Shown here piece after piece: positions 29,001 to 40,460 of a DNA stretch of 64,000 nt. Both the position numbers and the translations under genes were made by a program. Position 1 is the stretch's first letter. Every line of letters starts with the position of its first letter. The notes beneath the pieces were generated by a model. The model saw only the letters and a program-made list of their open reading frames with translations. It did not search any database and was not told the DNA's origin. The stretch comes from Eledone cirrhosa (Eukaryota): positions 1,922,001 to 1,986,000 of the forward strand of contig OZ024757.1 in assembly GCA_964016885.1 (NCBI GenBank). The letters run 5' to 3'.

Positions 29001-32000
29001 GGTGGTTGGAGTGACAGGGTGTGGTCAAGGTAATATAGTGATGGCTGGAGTGACAGGAGGTGGTCAAGGTAATATAGTGGTGGTTGGAGTGACAGGAGGT
29101 GGTCAAGGTAATATAGTGATGGTTGGAGTAACAGGAGATGGTAAAGGTAATATAGTGGTGGTTGGAGTGACAGGAGATGGTCAAGGTAATATAGTAGTGG
29201 TTGGAGTGACAGGCGGTGGTCAAGGTAATATAGTAGTGGTTGGAGTGACAGGAGGTGGTCAAGGTAATATAGTAGTGGTTGGAGTGACAGGAGGTGGTCA
29301 AGGTAATATAGTGGTGGTTGGAGTGACAGGAGGTGGTCAAGGTAATATAGTAGTGGTTGGAGTGACAGGCGGTGGTCAAGGTAATATAGTAGTGGTTGGA
29401 GTGACAGGAGGTGGTCAAGGTAATATAGTGGTGGTTGGAGTGACAGGAGGTGGTCAAGGTAATATAGTGGTGGCTGGACTGACAGGAGATGGTCAAGGTA
29501 ATATAGTAGTGGTTGGAGTGACAGGCGGTGGTCAAGGTAATATAGTAGTGGTTGGAGTGACAGGAGGTGGTCAAGGTAATATAGTAGTGGTTGGAGTGAC
29601 AGGAGGTGGTCAAGGTAATATAGTGGTGGTTGGAGTGACAGGAGGTGGTCAAGGTAATATAGTAGTGGTTGGAGTGACAGGCGGTGGTCAAGGTAATATA
29701 GTAGTGGTTGGAGTGACAGGAGGTGGTCAAGGTAATATAGTGGTGGTTGGAGTGACAGGAGGTGGTCAAGGTAATATAGTAGTGGTTGGAGTGACAGGCG
29801 GTGGTCAAGGTAATATAGTGGTGGTTGGAGTGACAGGAGGTGGTCAAGGTAATATTGTAGTGGTTGGAGTGACAGGGGGTGGTCAAGGTAATATAGTGGT
29901 GGTTGGAGTGACAGGAGGTGGTCAAGGTAATATAGTGATGGCTGGAGTGACAGGAGGTGGTCAAGGTAATACAGTGATGGCTGGTGTGACAGGAGGTGGT
30001 CAAGGTAATATAGTGGTGGTTGGAGTGACAGGAGATGGTGAAGGTAATATAGTGGTGGTTGGAGTGACAGGTGGTCAAGGTAATATAGTGGTGGTTGGAG
30101 TGACAGGGTGTGGTCAAGGTAATATAGTAGTGGTTGGAGTGACAGGAGGTGGTCAAGGTAATATAGTGATGGTTGGAGTGACAGGAGGTGGTCAAGGTAA
30201 TATAGTGGTGGTTGGAGTGACAGGGTGTGGTCAAGGTAAGACAGTGATGGTTGGAGTGACAGGAGGTGGTCAAGGTAATATAGTGATAGTTGGAGTGACA
30301 GGGGGTGGTCAAGGTAAGACAGTGATGGTTGGAGTGACAGGAGGTGGTCAAGGTAATATAGTGGTAGTTGGAGTGACAGGGGGTGGTCAAGGTAATATAG
30401 TGATGGTTGGAGTGACAGGAGATGGGGAAGGTAATATAGTGATGGTTGGAGTGACAGGAGGTGGTCAAGGTAATATAGTGGTGGTTGGAGTGACAGGAGA
30501 TGGTCAAGGTAATATAGTGATGGTTGGAGTGACAGGAGATGGTCAAGGTAATATAGTGATGGCTGGAGTGAAGGAGGTTGTCAAGGTAATATAGTGGTGG
30601 TTGGAGTGACAGGGTGTGGTCAAGGTAATATAGTGGTGACTGGAGTGACAGGAGGTGGTCAAGGTAATATAGTGGTGACTGGAGTGACAGGAGGTGGTCA
30701 AGGTAATATAGTGGTGGTTGGAGTGACAGGGTGTGGTCAAGGTAATATAGTGGTGACTGGAGTGACAGGAGGTGGTCAAGGTAATATAGTGATGGTTGGA
30801 GTGACAGGAGGTGGTCAAGGTAATATAGTGATGGCTGGTGTGACAGGAGATGGTCAAGGTAATATAGTAGTGGTTGGAGTGACAGGAGGTGGTCAAGGTA
30901 ATATAGTGATGGTTGGAGTGACAGGAGATGGGGAAGGTAATATAGTGGTGGTTGGAGTGACAAGAGATGGTCAAGGTAATATAGTGATGGTTGGAGTGAC
31001 AGGAGGTGGTCAAGGTAATATAGTGATGGTTGGAGTGAAGGAGGTTGTCAAGGTAATATAGTGGTGGTTGGAGTGACAGGGTGTGGTCAAGGTAATATAG
31101 TGGTGGTTGGAGTGACAGGGTGTGGTCAAGGTAATATAGTGGTGACTGGAGTGACAGGAGGTGGTCAAGGTAATATAGTAGTGGTTGGAGTGACAGGAGG
31201 TGGTCAAGGTAATATAGTGATGGTTGGAGTGACAAGAGATGGTCAAGGTAATATAGTGGTGGTTGGAGTGACAGGAGGTGGTCAAGGTAATATAGTGATG
31301 GTTGGAGTGACAGGAGGTGGTCAAGGTAATATAGTGGTGGTTGGAGTGACAGGAGGTGGTCAAGGTAATATAGTGGTGGTTGGAGTGACAGGAGATGGTC
31401 AAGGTAATATAGTGATGGTTGGAGTGACAGGAGATGGTCAAGGTAATATAGTGATGGCTGGAGTGAAGGAGGTTGTCAAGGTAATATAGTGGTGGTTGGA
31501 GTGACAGGGTGTGGTCAAGGTAATATAGTGGTGGTTGGAGTGACAGGGTGTGGTCAAGGTAATATAGTGGTGACTGGAGTGACAGGAGGTGGTCAAGGTA
31601 ATATAGTGGTGGTTGGAGTGACAGGAGGTGGTCAAGGTAATATAGTGGTGGTTGGAGTGACAGGCGGTGGTCAAGGTAATATAGTGGTGGTTGGAGTGAC
31701 AGGGTGTGGTCAAGGTAATATAGTGGTGACTGGAGTGACAGGAGGTGGTCAAGGTAATATAGTGGTGGTTGGAGTGACAGGGTGTGGTCAAGGTAATATA
31801 GTGGTGACTGGAGTGACAGGAGGTGGTCAAGGTAATATAGTGGTGGTTGGAGTGACAGGAGGTGGTCAAGGTAATATAGTGGTGGTTGGAGTGACAGGAG
31901 GTGGTCAAGGTAATATAGTGATGGTTGGAGTGACAGGAGATGGTCAAGGTAATATAGTGGTGACTGGAGTGACAGGAGGTGGTCAAGGTAATATAGTGGT

Positions 32001-32106
32001 GGTTGGAGTGACAGGAGGTGGTCAAGGTAATATAGTGGTGGTTGGAGTGACAGGGTGTGGTCAAGGTAATATAGTGGTGACTGGAGTGACAGGAGGGAGG
32101 TGGTCA
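14017..32106. repeat. Satellite array, 39-bp monomer GGTCAAGGTAATATAGTGGTGGTTGGAGTGACAGGAGGT (about 460 copies)
   Basis: 39-bp period throughout. Three of six frames are stop-free by construction (GQGNIVVVGVTGG on +; HHYITLTTSCHSN and LYYLDHLLSLQPP on -). The + frame has stops at 14635, 25174, 25408, 26227, 26344 and 28285 and 1-bp deletions near 30570, 31037 and 31465. Confidence 0.97.
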
Positions 32107-32175
32107 AAGAAAACTGAGGATTCCAACATCTTTACATAGACTAGCAGAAACCAACCTCGGGTGGTTTTCTGCTAG

Positions 32176-32980
32176 CATGTGTAGTGTGTATACTGATATT
32201 ATACACAGGTATATATACATGTAGATATGATACATGTGTAGTGTGTATACTGATATTATACACAGGTATATATACATGTAGATATGATACATGTGTAGTG
32301 TGTATACTGATATTATACACAGCTATATATACATGTAGATATGATACATGTGTAGTGTGTATACTGATATTATACACAGGTATATATACATGTAGATATG
32401 ATACATGTGTAGTGTGTATACTGATATTATACACAGGTATATATACATGTAGATATGATACATGTGTAGTGTGTATACTGATATTATACACAGGTATATA
32501 TACATGTAGATATGATACATGTGTAGTGTGTATACTGATATTATACGCAAGTATATATGCATGTAGATATGATACATGTGTAGTGTGTATACTGATATTA
32601 TACACAGGTATATATACATGTAGATATGATACATGTGTAGTGTGTATACTGATATTATACACAGGTATATATACATGTAGATATGATATGATACATGTGT
32701 AGTGTGTATACTGATATTATACGCAAGTATATATGCATGTAGATATGATACATGTGTAGTGTGTATACTGATATTATACGCAAGTATATATACATGTAGA
32801 TATGATACATGTGTAGTGTGTATACTGATATTATACGCAAGTATATATACATGTAGATATGATACATGTGTAGTGTGTATACTGATATTATACGCAAGTA
32901 TATATACATGTAGATATGATACATGTGTAGTGTGTATATTGATATTATACGCAAGTATATATTCATGTAGATATGATACA
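32176..32980. repeat. 57-bp minisatellite (CATGTGTAGTGTGTATACTGATATTATACACAGGTATATATACATGTAGATATGATA), about 14 copies
   Basis: Period 57 (32176, 32233, ...). Two sub-variants occur (ACACAGG and ACGCAAG), plus one 5-bp slip near 32685. Confidence 0.95.
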
Positions 32981-33398
32981 TCAAATAAAATCGTAATTGA
33001 CAATATAAACAGAAATTGAACGAAGTCTATGTTACACTGTCTTATGTAATCAGTAACGTAATCCAAAGACGATATTATATATAAACTGCATTAGGCAAAA
33101 ATTAGTGACGGAAATATATGAATGTTTATTTAAGCGATCGCTAACCGGGAGTGTTGACATTTGAAAATTTTAAAGAAGTGAATCTTTAAATATACAATAA
33201 AATATATTTAATCAACATCCACGACATTTAGATGATAAATTATGTAATATTCATTCATTATTTATTCAAAGTAATCCAACTTATTTTACTAATGGGATAC
33301 AAATTTATAAACCGTACGCAGTCCCGTGCTTCTTACTTTATTATAGTTTAGATTGTTCTAACCAAAGAATGTTTTATTTATTTATTGTTTTACTATAA

Positions 33399-33430
33399 AC
33401 CCTGTCATTTTCGACCGGTACTAAGCTAGT
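33399..33430 (+). mobile_element. Helitron-like 3' terminus (imperfect hairpin followed by CTAG|T)
   Basis: CCTGTCATTTTCGACCGG-TACTAAG-CTAG-T fits the Helitron subterminal hairpin plus CTRR|T pattern. The 5' end was not located. Confidence 0.4.
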
Positions 33431-33530
33431 CTTTTTTTAGATTCTGAGAATTTTTATTATTCAGAATTATATAAATAACATTACAGATTGTTTATAATTC
33501 TTACAGAATGAAAATATAAACACATAATAA

Positions 33531-33610
33531 ATACAATTACTGCTAGGACACTTGTAAATATAATACAGATATAATACAATTACTGCTAGGACACGTGTAA
33601 ATATAATACA
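33531..33610. repeat. 43-bp-period direct duplication
   Basis: ATACAATTACTGCTAGGACAC(T/G)TGTAAATATAATACA occurs at 33531 and 33574. Confidence 0.85.
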
Positions 33611-33678
33611 CAGAAATAAATAATCAGAGCGAAAAAAAAACAAACAAAAACGAACGAAGCACCCTCACCCGGGTAAGG

Positions 33679-33750
33679 CCGGGTGATGGTGAGACTAAGA
33701 CACTGAAACAACCAAGCACCCTCACAAGCATCCCCTGACACCTGGCTAAG
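33679..33750 (-). mobile_element. CRE-like (RLE-type non-LTR retrotransposon) ORF 3'-end fragment
   Basis: Translates LSQVSGDACEGAWLFQCLSLTITR, resembling the C-terminal 'TGD.RE..FLFQRLS.AI.RGN' motif of CRE-clade elements (recognised from memory). Confidence 0.6.
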
Positions 33751-33852
33751 GCAAGTTATATAAATATGTTCTCTATACAAGATATCCGTATCTTCATGTA
33801 ATAAGGCACACAAGTTTAGCCAACACCGTTAAATATAAATATCTGCCCTAAC

Positions 33853-34212
33853 ATGGCTCAGCAAGTGCGCTTTACACGTTTCATGACTTTGCAAAGAGAG
33901 TTTGTCCACCGGAATCACCACCGACACACAGCATGGACTGGTGTCCAGTGCCAGAGGTCAGTCTCCACATCACCACACCGTCCATTATTTCCACTGACCA
34001 GCCTTCAATTAACGTCTACTAATTTCTCTGAGGACGATGCTTCTGTCATACAGAGGAGAAAATTAAACACACTTGGTTCACTTTACAGTGGTCAGTTGTG
34101 TTGCAGGCCTGGGTCAGCGACTGTTGGTGTCCTGGGGCAGACGTTAGACAGTTCGGCCTTCATCCAACGACGACAGAAGGGAAAATTCGAGAGAATTCGA
34201 AGAAAGACAACG
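33853..34212 (+). CDS. MTRES1: MTRES1 (C6orf203)-like gene, first coding exon (120 codons; Arg-rich, mitochondrial-presequence-like N-terminus)
   Basis: ATG at 33853 opens MAQQVRFTRFMTLQR...FIQRRQKGKFERIRRKTT, followed by a phase-0 donor GTAGGT at 34213 that matches the phase-0 exon at 50746. A basic stretch followed by an acidic stretch is the MTRES1 layout. This exon is poorly conserved, so it is the least certain of the four. Confidence 0.65.
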
Positions 34213-34614
34213 GTAGGTCACATTTGACATTGGTGCTTCACACACACACATATATATATACACACATATATATATATATACACACACACACATATATATA
34301 TACACATACACACATATATACACATATACGTACACACATATATACACATGTGCACACACATATGTATATATAGATACACACACATTTACACATACATTAT
34401 TGATGTTTTCACTGCGGCACTGTTTACCTTTCACACATACATAGTCACACACACATGTTCACGTGAACATACACACACACGTACGCACATACATATGTTC
34501 GTGCAAACACATAAATTATTGATGTTTTCACTAGGTTTATCTTTCACACACACACACACACAGACACAAATACACATACACACACACACACATCTTGTCT
34601 GTTCAACGGCTCAC

Positions 34615-34713
34615 CTAACAGAGGTAACTGGTGATGCTTGTGAGGGCGCTGGGTTGTTCCAGAATCTCAGCCTCGCCATCACCTGAGGTAACACAGCCAA
34701 CGTGTTGGCTTGA
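34615..34713 (+). mobile_element. CRE-like non-LTR retrotransposon ORF 3'-end fragment
   Basis: Translates LTEVTGDACEGAGLFQNLSLAIT*GNTANVLA*, where the internal stop is probably CGA>TGA in the RGN motif. It is 54/72 nt identical to the inverted fragment at 33679-33750. Confidence 0.65.
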
Positions 34714-34811
34714 CTCAAAAACTATTAGAGAGGTTTCCCAGTACTCCTCGCAATATTGTTATCTTTTGCTCTGACAGTGGATCGTTTGTCCACCCCTTTT
34801 GGTTTACCTTT

Positions 34812-37800
34812 TGTTGTATGTGGTCCTAGATGTATATATTACCTGCTTCTGTGTTGTATGTGGTCCTAGATGTGTTTATTACCTTCTAATGTGTTGTATA
34901 TGGTCCTAGATGTATATATTACCTGCTTGTGTGTTGTATGTGGCCCTAGATGTATGTATTACATGGTTGTGTGTTGTATGTGGTCCTAGATGTATGTATT
35001 ACCTGCTTGTGTGTTGTATGTGGCCCTAAATGTATGTATTACCTGGTTGTGTGTTGTATGTGGTCCTAGATGTGTGTATTACCTGCTTGTGTGTTGTATG
35101 TGGTCCTAGATGTATATATTACCTGGTTGTGTGTTGTATGTGGTCCTAGATATGTGTATTACCTGGTTGTGTGTTATATGTGGTCCTAGATGTATGTATT
35201 ACCTGCTTGTGTGTTGTATGTGGCCCTAGATGTATGTATTACCTGGTCGTGTGTTCTATGTGGTCCTAGATGTGTGTATTACCTGCTTGTGTGTTGTATG
35301 TGGTCCTAGATGTGTGTATTACCTGCTTGTGTGTTGTATGTGGCCCTAGATGTGTTTATTACCTGCTAATGTGTTGTATGTGGTCCTAGATGTGTGTATT
35401 AACTGCTAATGTGTTCTATGTGGTCCTAGATGTGTGTATTAACTGCTAATGTGTTGTATGTGGTCCTAGATGCATGTATTACCTGCTTATGTGTTGTATT
35501 TGGTCCTAGATGTATGTATTACCTGCTTATGTGTTGTATGTGGTCCTAGATGTGTGTATTACCTGGTTGTGTGTGGTATGTGGTCCTAGATGTGTGTATT
35601 ACCTGCTGGTGTGTTGTATGTGGTCCTAGATGTGTGTATTACCTGCTTGTGTGTTATATGTGGTCCTAGATGTGTGTATTACCTGCTTGTGTGTTATATG
35701 TGGTCCTAGATGTGTGTATTACCTGGTTGTGTGTTGTATGTGGTCCTAGATATATGTATTACCTGCTTATGTGCTATATGTGGTCCTAGATGTGTGTATT
35801 ACCTGCTGGTGTGTTGTATGTCGTCCTAGATATGTGTATTACCTGCTTGTGTGTTGTATGCGGTCCTAGATGTATGTATTACCTGCTTGTGTGTTGTATG
35901 TGGCCCTAGATGTATGTATTACTGCTTGTGTGTTGTATGTGGCCCTAGATGTGTGTATTACCTGCTTGTGTGTTGTATGTGGCCCTAGATGTGTTTATTA
36001 CCTGCTAAAGTGTTGTATGTGGTCCTAGATGTGTGTATTACCTGCTAATGTGTTGTATGTGGTCTTAGATGTATGTATTACCTGCTTATGTGCTGTATTT
36101 GGTCCTAGATGTATGTATTACCTGCTTGTGTGTTGTATGTGGTCCTAGATGTATGTATTACCTGCTTATGTGCTGTATTTGGTCCTAGATGTATGTATTA
36201 CCTGCTTGTGTGTTGTATGTGGTCCTAGATTATGTATTAGCGGCTTGTGTGTTGTATGTGGTCCTAGATGTATGTATTACCTGCTTGTGTGTTGTATGTG
36301 GTCCTAGATGTGTATATTACCTGCTGGTGTGTTGTATGTGGTCCTAGATGTGTGTATTACCTGCTGCTGTGTTGTATGTGGTCCTAGATGTGTGTATTAC
36401 CTGCATGTGTGTTGTATGTGGTCCTAGATGTATGTATTACCTGCTTGTGTGTTGTATGTGGTCCTAGATTATGTATTAGCGGCTTCTGTGTTGTATGTGG
36501 CCCTAGATGTATGTATTACCTGCTTGTGTATTGTATGTGGTCCTAGATGTGTGTATTACCTGCTGCTGTGTTGCATGTGGTCCTAGATGTATGTATTACC
36601 TGCTTGTGTGTTGTATGTGGTCCTAGATGTATATATTACCTGCTTGTGTGTTGTATATGGTCCTAGATGTATGTATTACCTGCTTGTGTGTTGTATGTGG
36701 TCATAGATGTATATATTACCTGCTGGTGTTGTTGTATGTGGTCCTAGATGTATGTATTACCTGCTGGTGTGTTGTATGTGGTCATAGATGTATATATTAC
36801 CTGCTTGTGTGTTGTATGTGGTCCTAGATGTATGTATTACCTACTTGTGTGTTGTATGTGGTCTTAGATGTGTGTATTACCTATTTGTGTGTTGTATTTG
36901 GTCCTAGATGTATGTATTACCTGCTGGTGTGTTGTATGTGGTCCTAGATGTATGCATTACCTGCTTGTGTATTATATGTGGTCCTAGATCTGTATAGAAC
37001 CTGCTTGTATGCTGTATGTGTGTAGCAAAAACTGTCCACGCCTTGAACCTTGGGTGACACCTAAAGGTCAAACTCTAGGTCACCACCCTTTTGGTGGGAA
37101 CGGGTTCATGCGTGGGCTACCCCTCAGGGTGGGAGACAGAAAGCGACAGGTATATAAAGCCTATATTTTTCCACCTTATATACAGAGTGATCGGAGCAGT
37201 ACGCTATTACAAGCTATGTGAAAGATGCACCGCTATCTACAGGCCACAGTGGTCTACAATCAACTACAGACCATTACTCTCTCTTGGTCTCAGACTACAC
37301 CAGCCTCATGAACCAACAACAAAATAACATTGTCAACCTTCGCAACTCGTGGTAACTTGTTTATTGTTCTTTTTGACTGAAGTGAAGTAAACCTTTTTAT
37401 ATAAAGTAAATCATTTATTCTTGTTATAATCATTCTAACAATTTCTTACTATATCCACTTCGTTAAACATGGTCCTAGATGTATGTATTACCTGCTTGTG
37501 TGTTGTATGTGGTCCTAGATGTATGTATTACCTGCTTGTGTGTTGTATGTGGTCCTAGATGTATGTATTACCTGCTGCTGTGTTGTATTTGGTCCTAGAT
37601 GTATGTATTACCTGCTTATGTGTTGTATGTGGTCCTAGATGTGTGTATTACCTGCTTGTGTGTTGTATGTGGTCCTAGATGTATGTATTACCTGCTTGTG
37701 TGTTGTATGTGGTCCTAGATGTATGTATTACCTGCTTGTGTGTTGTATGTGGTCCTAGATGTATGTATTACCTGCTTGTGTGTTGTATGTGGTCTTAGAT

Positions 37801-39079
37801 GTGTGTATTACCTGCTTGTGTGTTGTATGTGGTCCTAGATGTATGTATTACCTGCTTGTGTGTTGTATGTGGTCCTAGATGTATGTATTACCTGCTTGTG
37901 TGTTGTATGTGGTCCTAGATGTGTGTATTACCTGCTTGTGTGTTGTATGTGGTCCTAGATGTGTGTATTACCTGCTTGTGTGTTGTATGTGGTCCTAGAT
38001 GTATGTATTACCTGCTTGTGTGTTGTATGTGGTCCTAGATGGATGTATTACCTGCTTGTGTGTTGTATGTGGTCCTAGATGTGTGTATTACCTGCTTGTG
38101 TGTTGTATGTGGTCCTAGATGTATGTATTACCTGCTTGTGTGTTGTATGTGGTCCTAGATGTATGTATTACCTGCTTGTGTGTTGTATGTGGTCCTAGAT
38201 GTATGTATTACCTGCTTGTGTGTTGTATGTGGTCCTAGATGTATGTATTACCTGCTTGTGTGTTGTATGTGGTCCTAGATGTATTTATTACCTGCTTGTG
38301 TGTTGTATGTGGTCCTAGATGTATGTATTACCTGCTTGTGTGTTGTATGTGGTCCTAGATGTATGTATTACCTGCTTGTGTGTTGTATGTGGTCCTAGAT
38401 GTATGTATTACCTGCTTGTGTGTTGTATGTGGTCTTAGATGTGTGTATTACCTACTTGTGTGTTGTATGTGGTCCTAGATGTATGTATTACCTGCTTGTG
38501 TGTTGTATGTGGTCCTAGATGTATGTATTACCTGCTTGTGTGTTGTATGTGGTCCTAGATGTATGTATTACCTGCTTGTGTGTTGTATGTGGTCCTAGAT
38601 GTATGTATTACCTGCTTGTGTGTTGTATGTGGTCCTAGATGTATGTATTACCTGCTTGTGTGTTGCATGTGGTCCTAGATGTATGTATTACCTGCTTGTG
38701 TGTTGCATGTGGTCCTAGATGTGTGTATTACCTACTTGTGTGTTATATGTGGTCCTAGATGTATGTATTACCTGGTTGTGCAATGTATGTGGTCCTAGAT
38801 GTGTGTATTACCTGCTTGTGTGTTGTATGTGGTCCTAGATGTATGTATTACTTTCTAGTGTGTTGTATGTGGTCCTAGCCTAGATGTATGTATTACTTTC
38901 TTGTGTGTTGTATGTGGTCCTAGATGTATGTATTACCTAGTGGTGTGTTGTATGTGGTCCTAGATGTATATATTACCTGCTTATGTGTTATATGTGGTCC
39001 TATATGTATGTATTACCTGCTTGTGTGTTGTATGTGGTCCTAGATGTATGTATTACTTGCTTGTGTGTTGTGTGTGGTC
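34812..39079. repeat. 40-bp satellite TGTGTTGTATGTGGTCCTAGATGTATGTATTACCTGCTTG (about 95 copies), interrupted at 37021-37469
   Basis: 40-bp period read directly. It lies in intron 1 of the MTRES1-like gene. Confidence 0.97.
37021..37469 (+). mobile_element. Solo-LTR-like insertion (449 bp) in the 40-bp satellite
   Basis: Unique sequence splitting one monomer, with termini TGT...ACA, a TATA-like GTATATAAA near 37149 and ATAAAGTAAA near 37401. There is no clear 4-6-bp target-site duplication (at most TG). Confidence 0.55.
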
Positions 39080-39131
39080 TGCGCAGGCGCATGTCCGAAG
39101 GAAGTTGACCATTAGCTACCACAGATTTCAA

Positions 39132-40148
39132 CGAAATTTGCTTAGTCAGTTCACCCTCTTACTCCGTCACTCCTATGTGGAAAAAGTACGTTGAGTGCTT
39201 GAATTGAATTGCATCAATATTTACCCTAAGAATTTAGTTCCAATTAGTTGAGCGCTCTATGATGTAACCGATATGGTGAAGAAGAGAGCAACCAACCATG
39301 AGCTAACCCTGGAAATTCCCTCTACCATGGGCATGGAAACCCCTGACACTGGACGGACATAATAGTAACTTTAGGCAGGATAAATACGCGGAAACAAAAA
39401 CTAAGATAAACCCATATTTTCCTGCACCAAATTGCTTTTGAACAGAAGCCCCCTCAATTCAATCTATACATTGACAAATTGACAATCATATGGATCATTT
39501 TGCATATATGTACTCTGTGTTTTTGCATTTATTCATTATTGGTTCTTTTCTTTTGTGTACTTTATATCTGTTTTTCTTTGGTCTTGTTCCATGTGATGGA
39601 AATTATGACTGTGTACCAGATTGACTACTGCCTTGAATACTGTAGTTTACCCTCCGTTCTAATGTACGGCACTATCGTTCAATATGTGGATAGTGTAACT
39701 GTGACATTGGAACTCCTCTCAGAACTTCTTACTTAAACATCTCTCTCCATATTATTTACTCACTTCAATCTATATGTTTTTTTACTCACCTTAATCCGGA
39801 TTCTCACTTGAACATTTTTTAAATTTCTAATTGTTAATTTTTTAATTGTTTAATTTATAATTTTTGATTTAGGATTTTAATTTTTATTTCCAACTCTCAC
39901 TCATAACTTCCAATGTAAAACCATGATACCTAGAATTAAGTATATTTTCTCTTGGGAGTTGATGGTCAGTCGTACTGTCCATGCTTGGTGAGAGGTAGTA
40001 TTGTGACCTGTAAAAACTAACACCCCCCCCCCCCCCCCCCCGGGCTTTCGGCTGACTGCCACAGTCGGGATGGGTAGCAGTAAACTATGGTACAGGCCTA
40101 AATGGGTCATTGTTTGGCTGAGAGGGTGAACTGACTAAGCGAATTTCG
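39132..40148. mobile_element. About 1-kb segment bounded by 28-bp inverted repeats (MITE-like, or remnant of a PLE 5' inversion)
   Basis: CGAAATTTGCTTAGTCAGTTCACCCTCT (39132-39159) and AGAGGGTGAACTGACTAAGCGAATTTCG (40121-40148) are 27/28 complementary. No TSD seen. Confidence 0.55.
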
Positions 40149-40173
40149 GAAACATAACCTTATTATGTAACAA

Positions 40174-40247
40174 GCTGTCTGATGATGTCACGACACTCGC
40201 ACACAGAACAGTGTGGCCAGTGTCGTCATTGAAATATATATCACAGC
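40174..40247 (+). ncRNA. Type I hammerhead ribozyme fold (PLE-type, short palindromic stem III)
   Basis: Stem I GCTGT/ACAGC; CTGATGA at 40179-40185; stem II ACGACACT/AGTGTCGT plus CACAC/GTGTG; GAAA at 40231-40234; stem III ATATATAT; AUC site after 40242. The base of stem II is imperfect. Confidence 0.75.
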
Positions 40248-40267
40248 ATTATTATTAAAGGACTTGA

Positions 40268-40460
40268 GGACACGAGGGCGGTGGATTGGCAGTATCAGTA
40301 GAGGGTCGGACGCCATGCTTTCCAGCATAGTTACGTCCATTTACGATCTGAGTTCAAATCCCGCCGAGGTTGACTTTGCCTTTCATCCTTATGGGGTCGA
40401 TAAAATAAAGTACCAGTAATGCACTGGGTAATTGCTGGCCTTGTGCCTAAAGAAGAAACA
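40268..40460 (+). mobile_element. tRNA-derived SINE with 20-bp flanking direct repeat
   Basis: A-box-like TGGCAGTATCAGTAG, B-box GAGTTCAAATCCC, and body GCCTTTCATCC...GGGGTCGATAAAATAAAGTACCAGT. ATTATTATTAAAGGACTTGA occurs at 40248-40267 and 40461-40480. Confidence 0.85.

Noticed and set aside
32110-32170. Hammerhead core CTGAGGA...GAAA at the end of the 39-bp satellite
   Set aside because: There is no stem II and only 2 bp of stem I; the CTAG hairpin explains the pairing better.
34098-34170. DCWCPGADVRQFGLHP as a CRE zinc-knuckle remnant
   Set aside because: The resemblance is weak, and it is an alternative frame of the better-supported first MTRES1-like exon.
1-39079. CRISPR-like arrays (repeat lengths 38-40 bp)
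   Set aside because: Monomers are head-to-tail with no unique spacers, the context is eukaryotic, and there are no cas genes.
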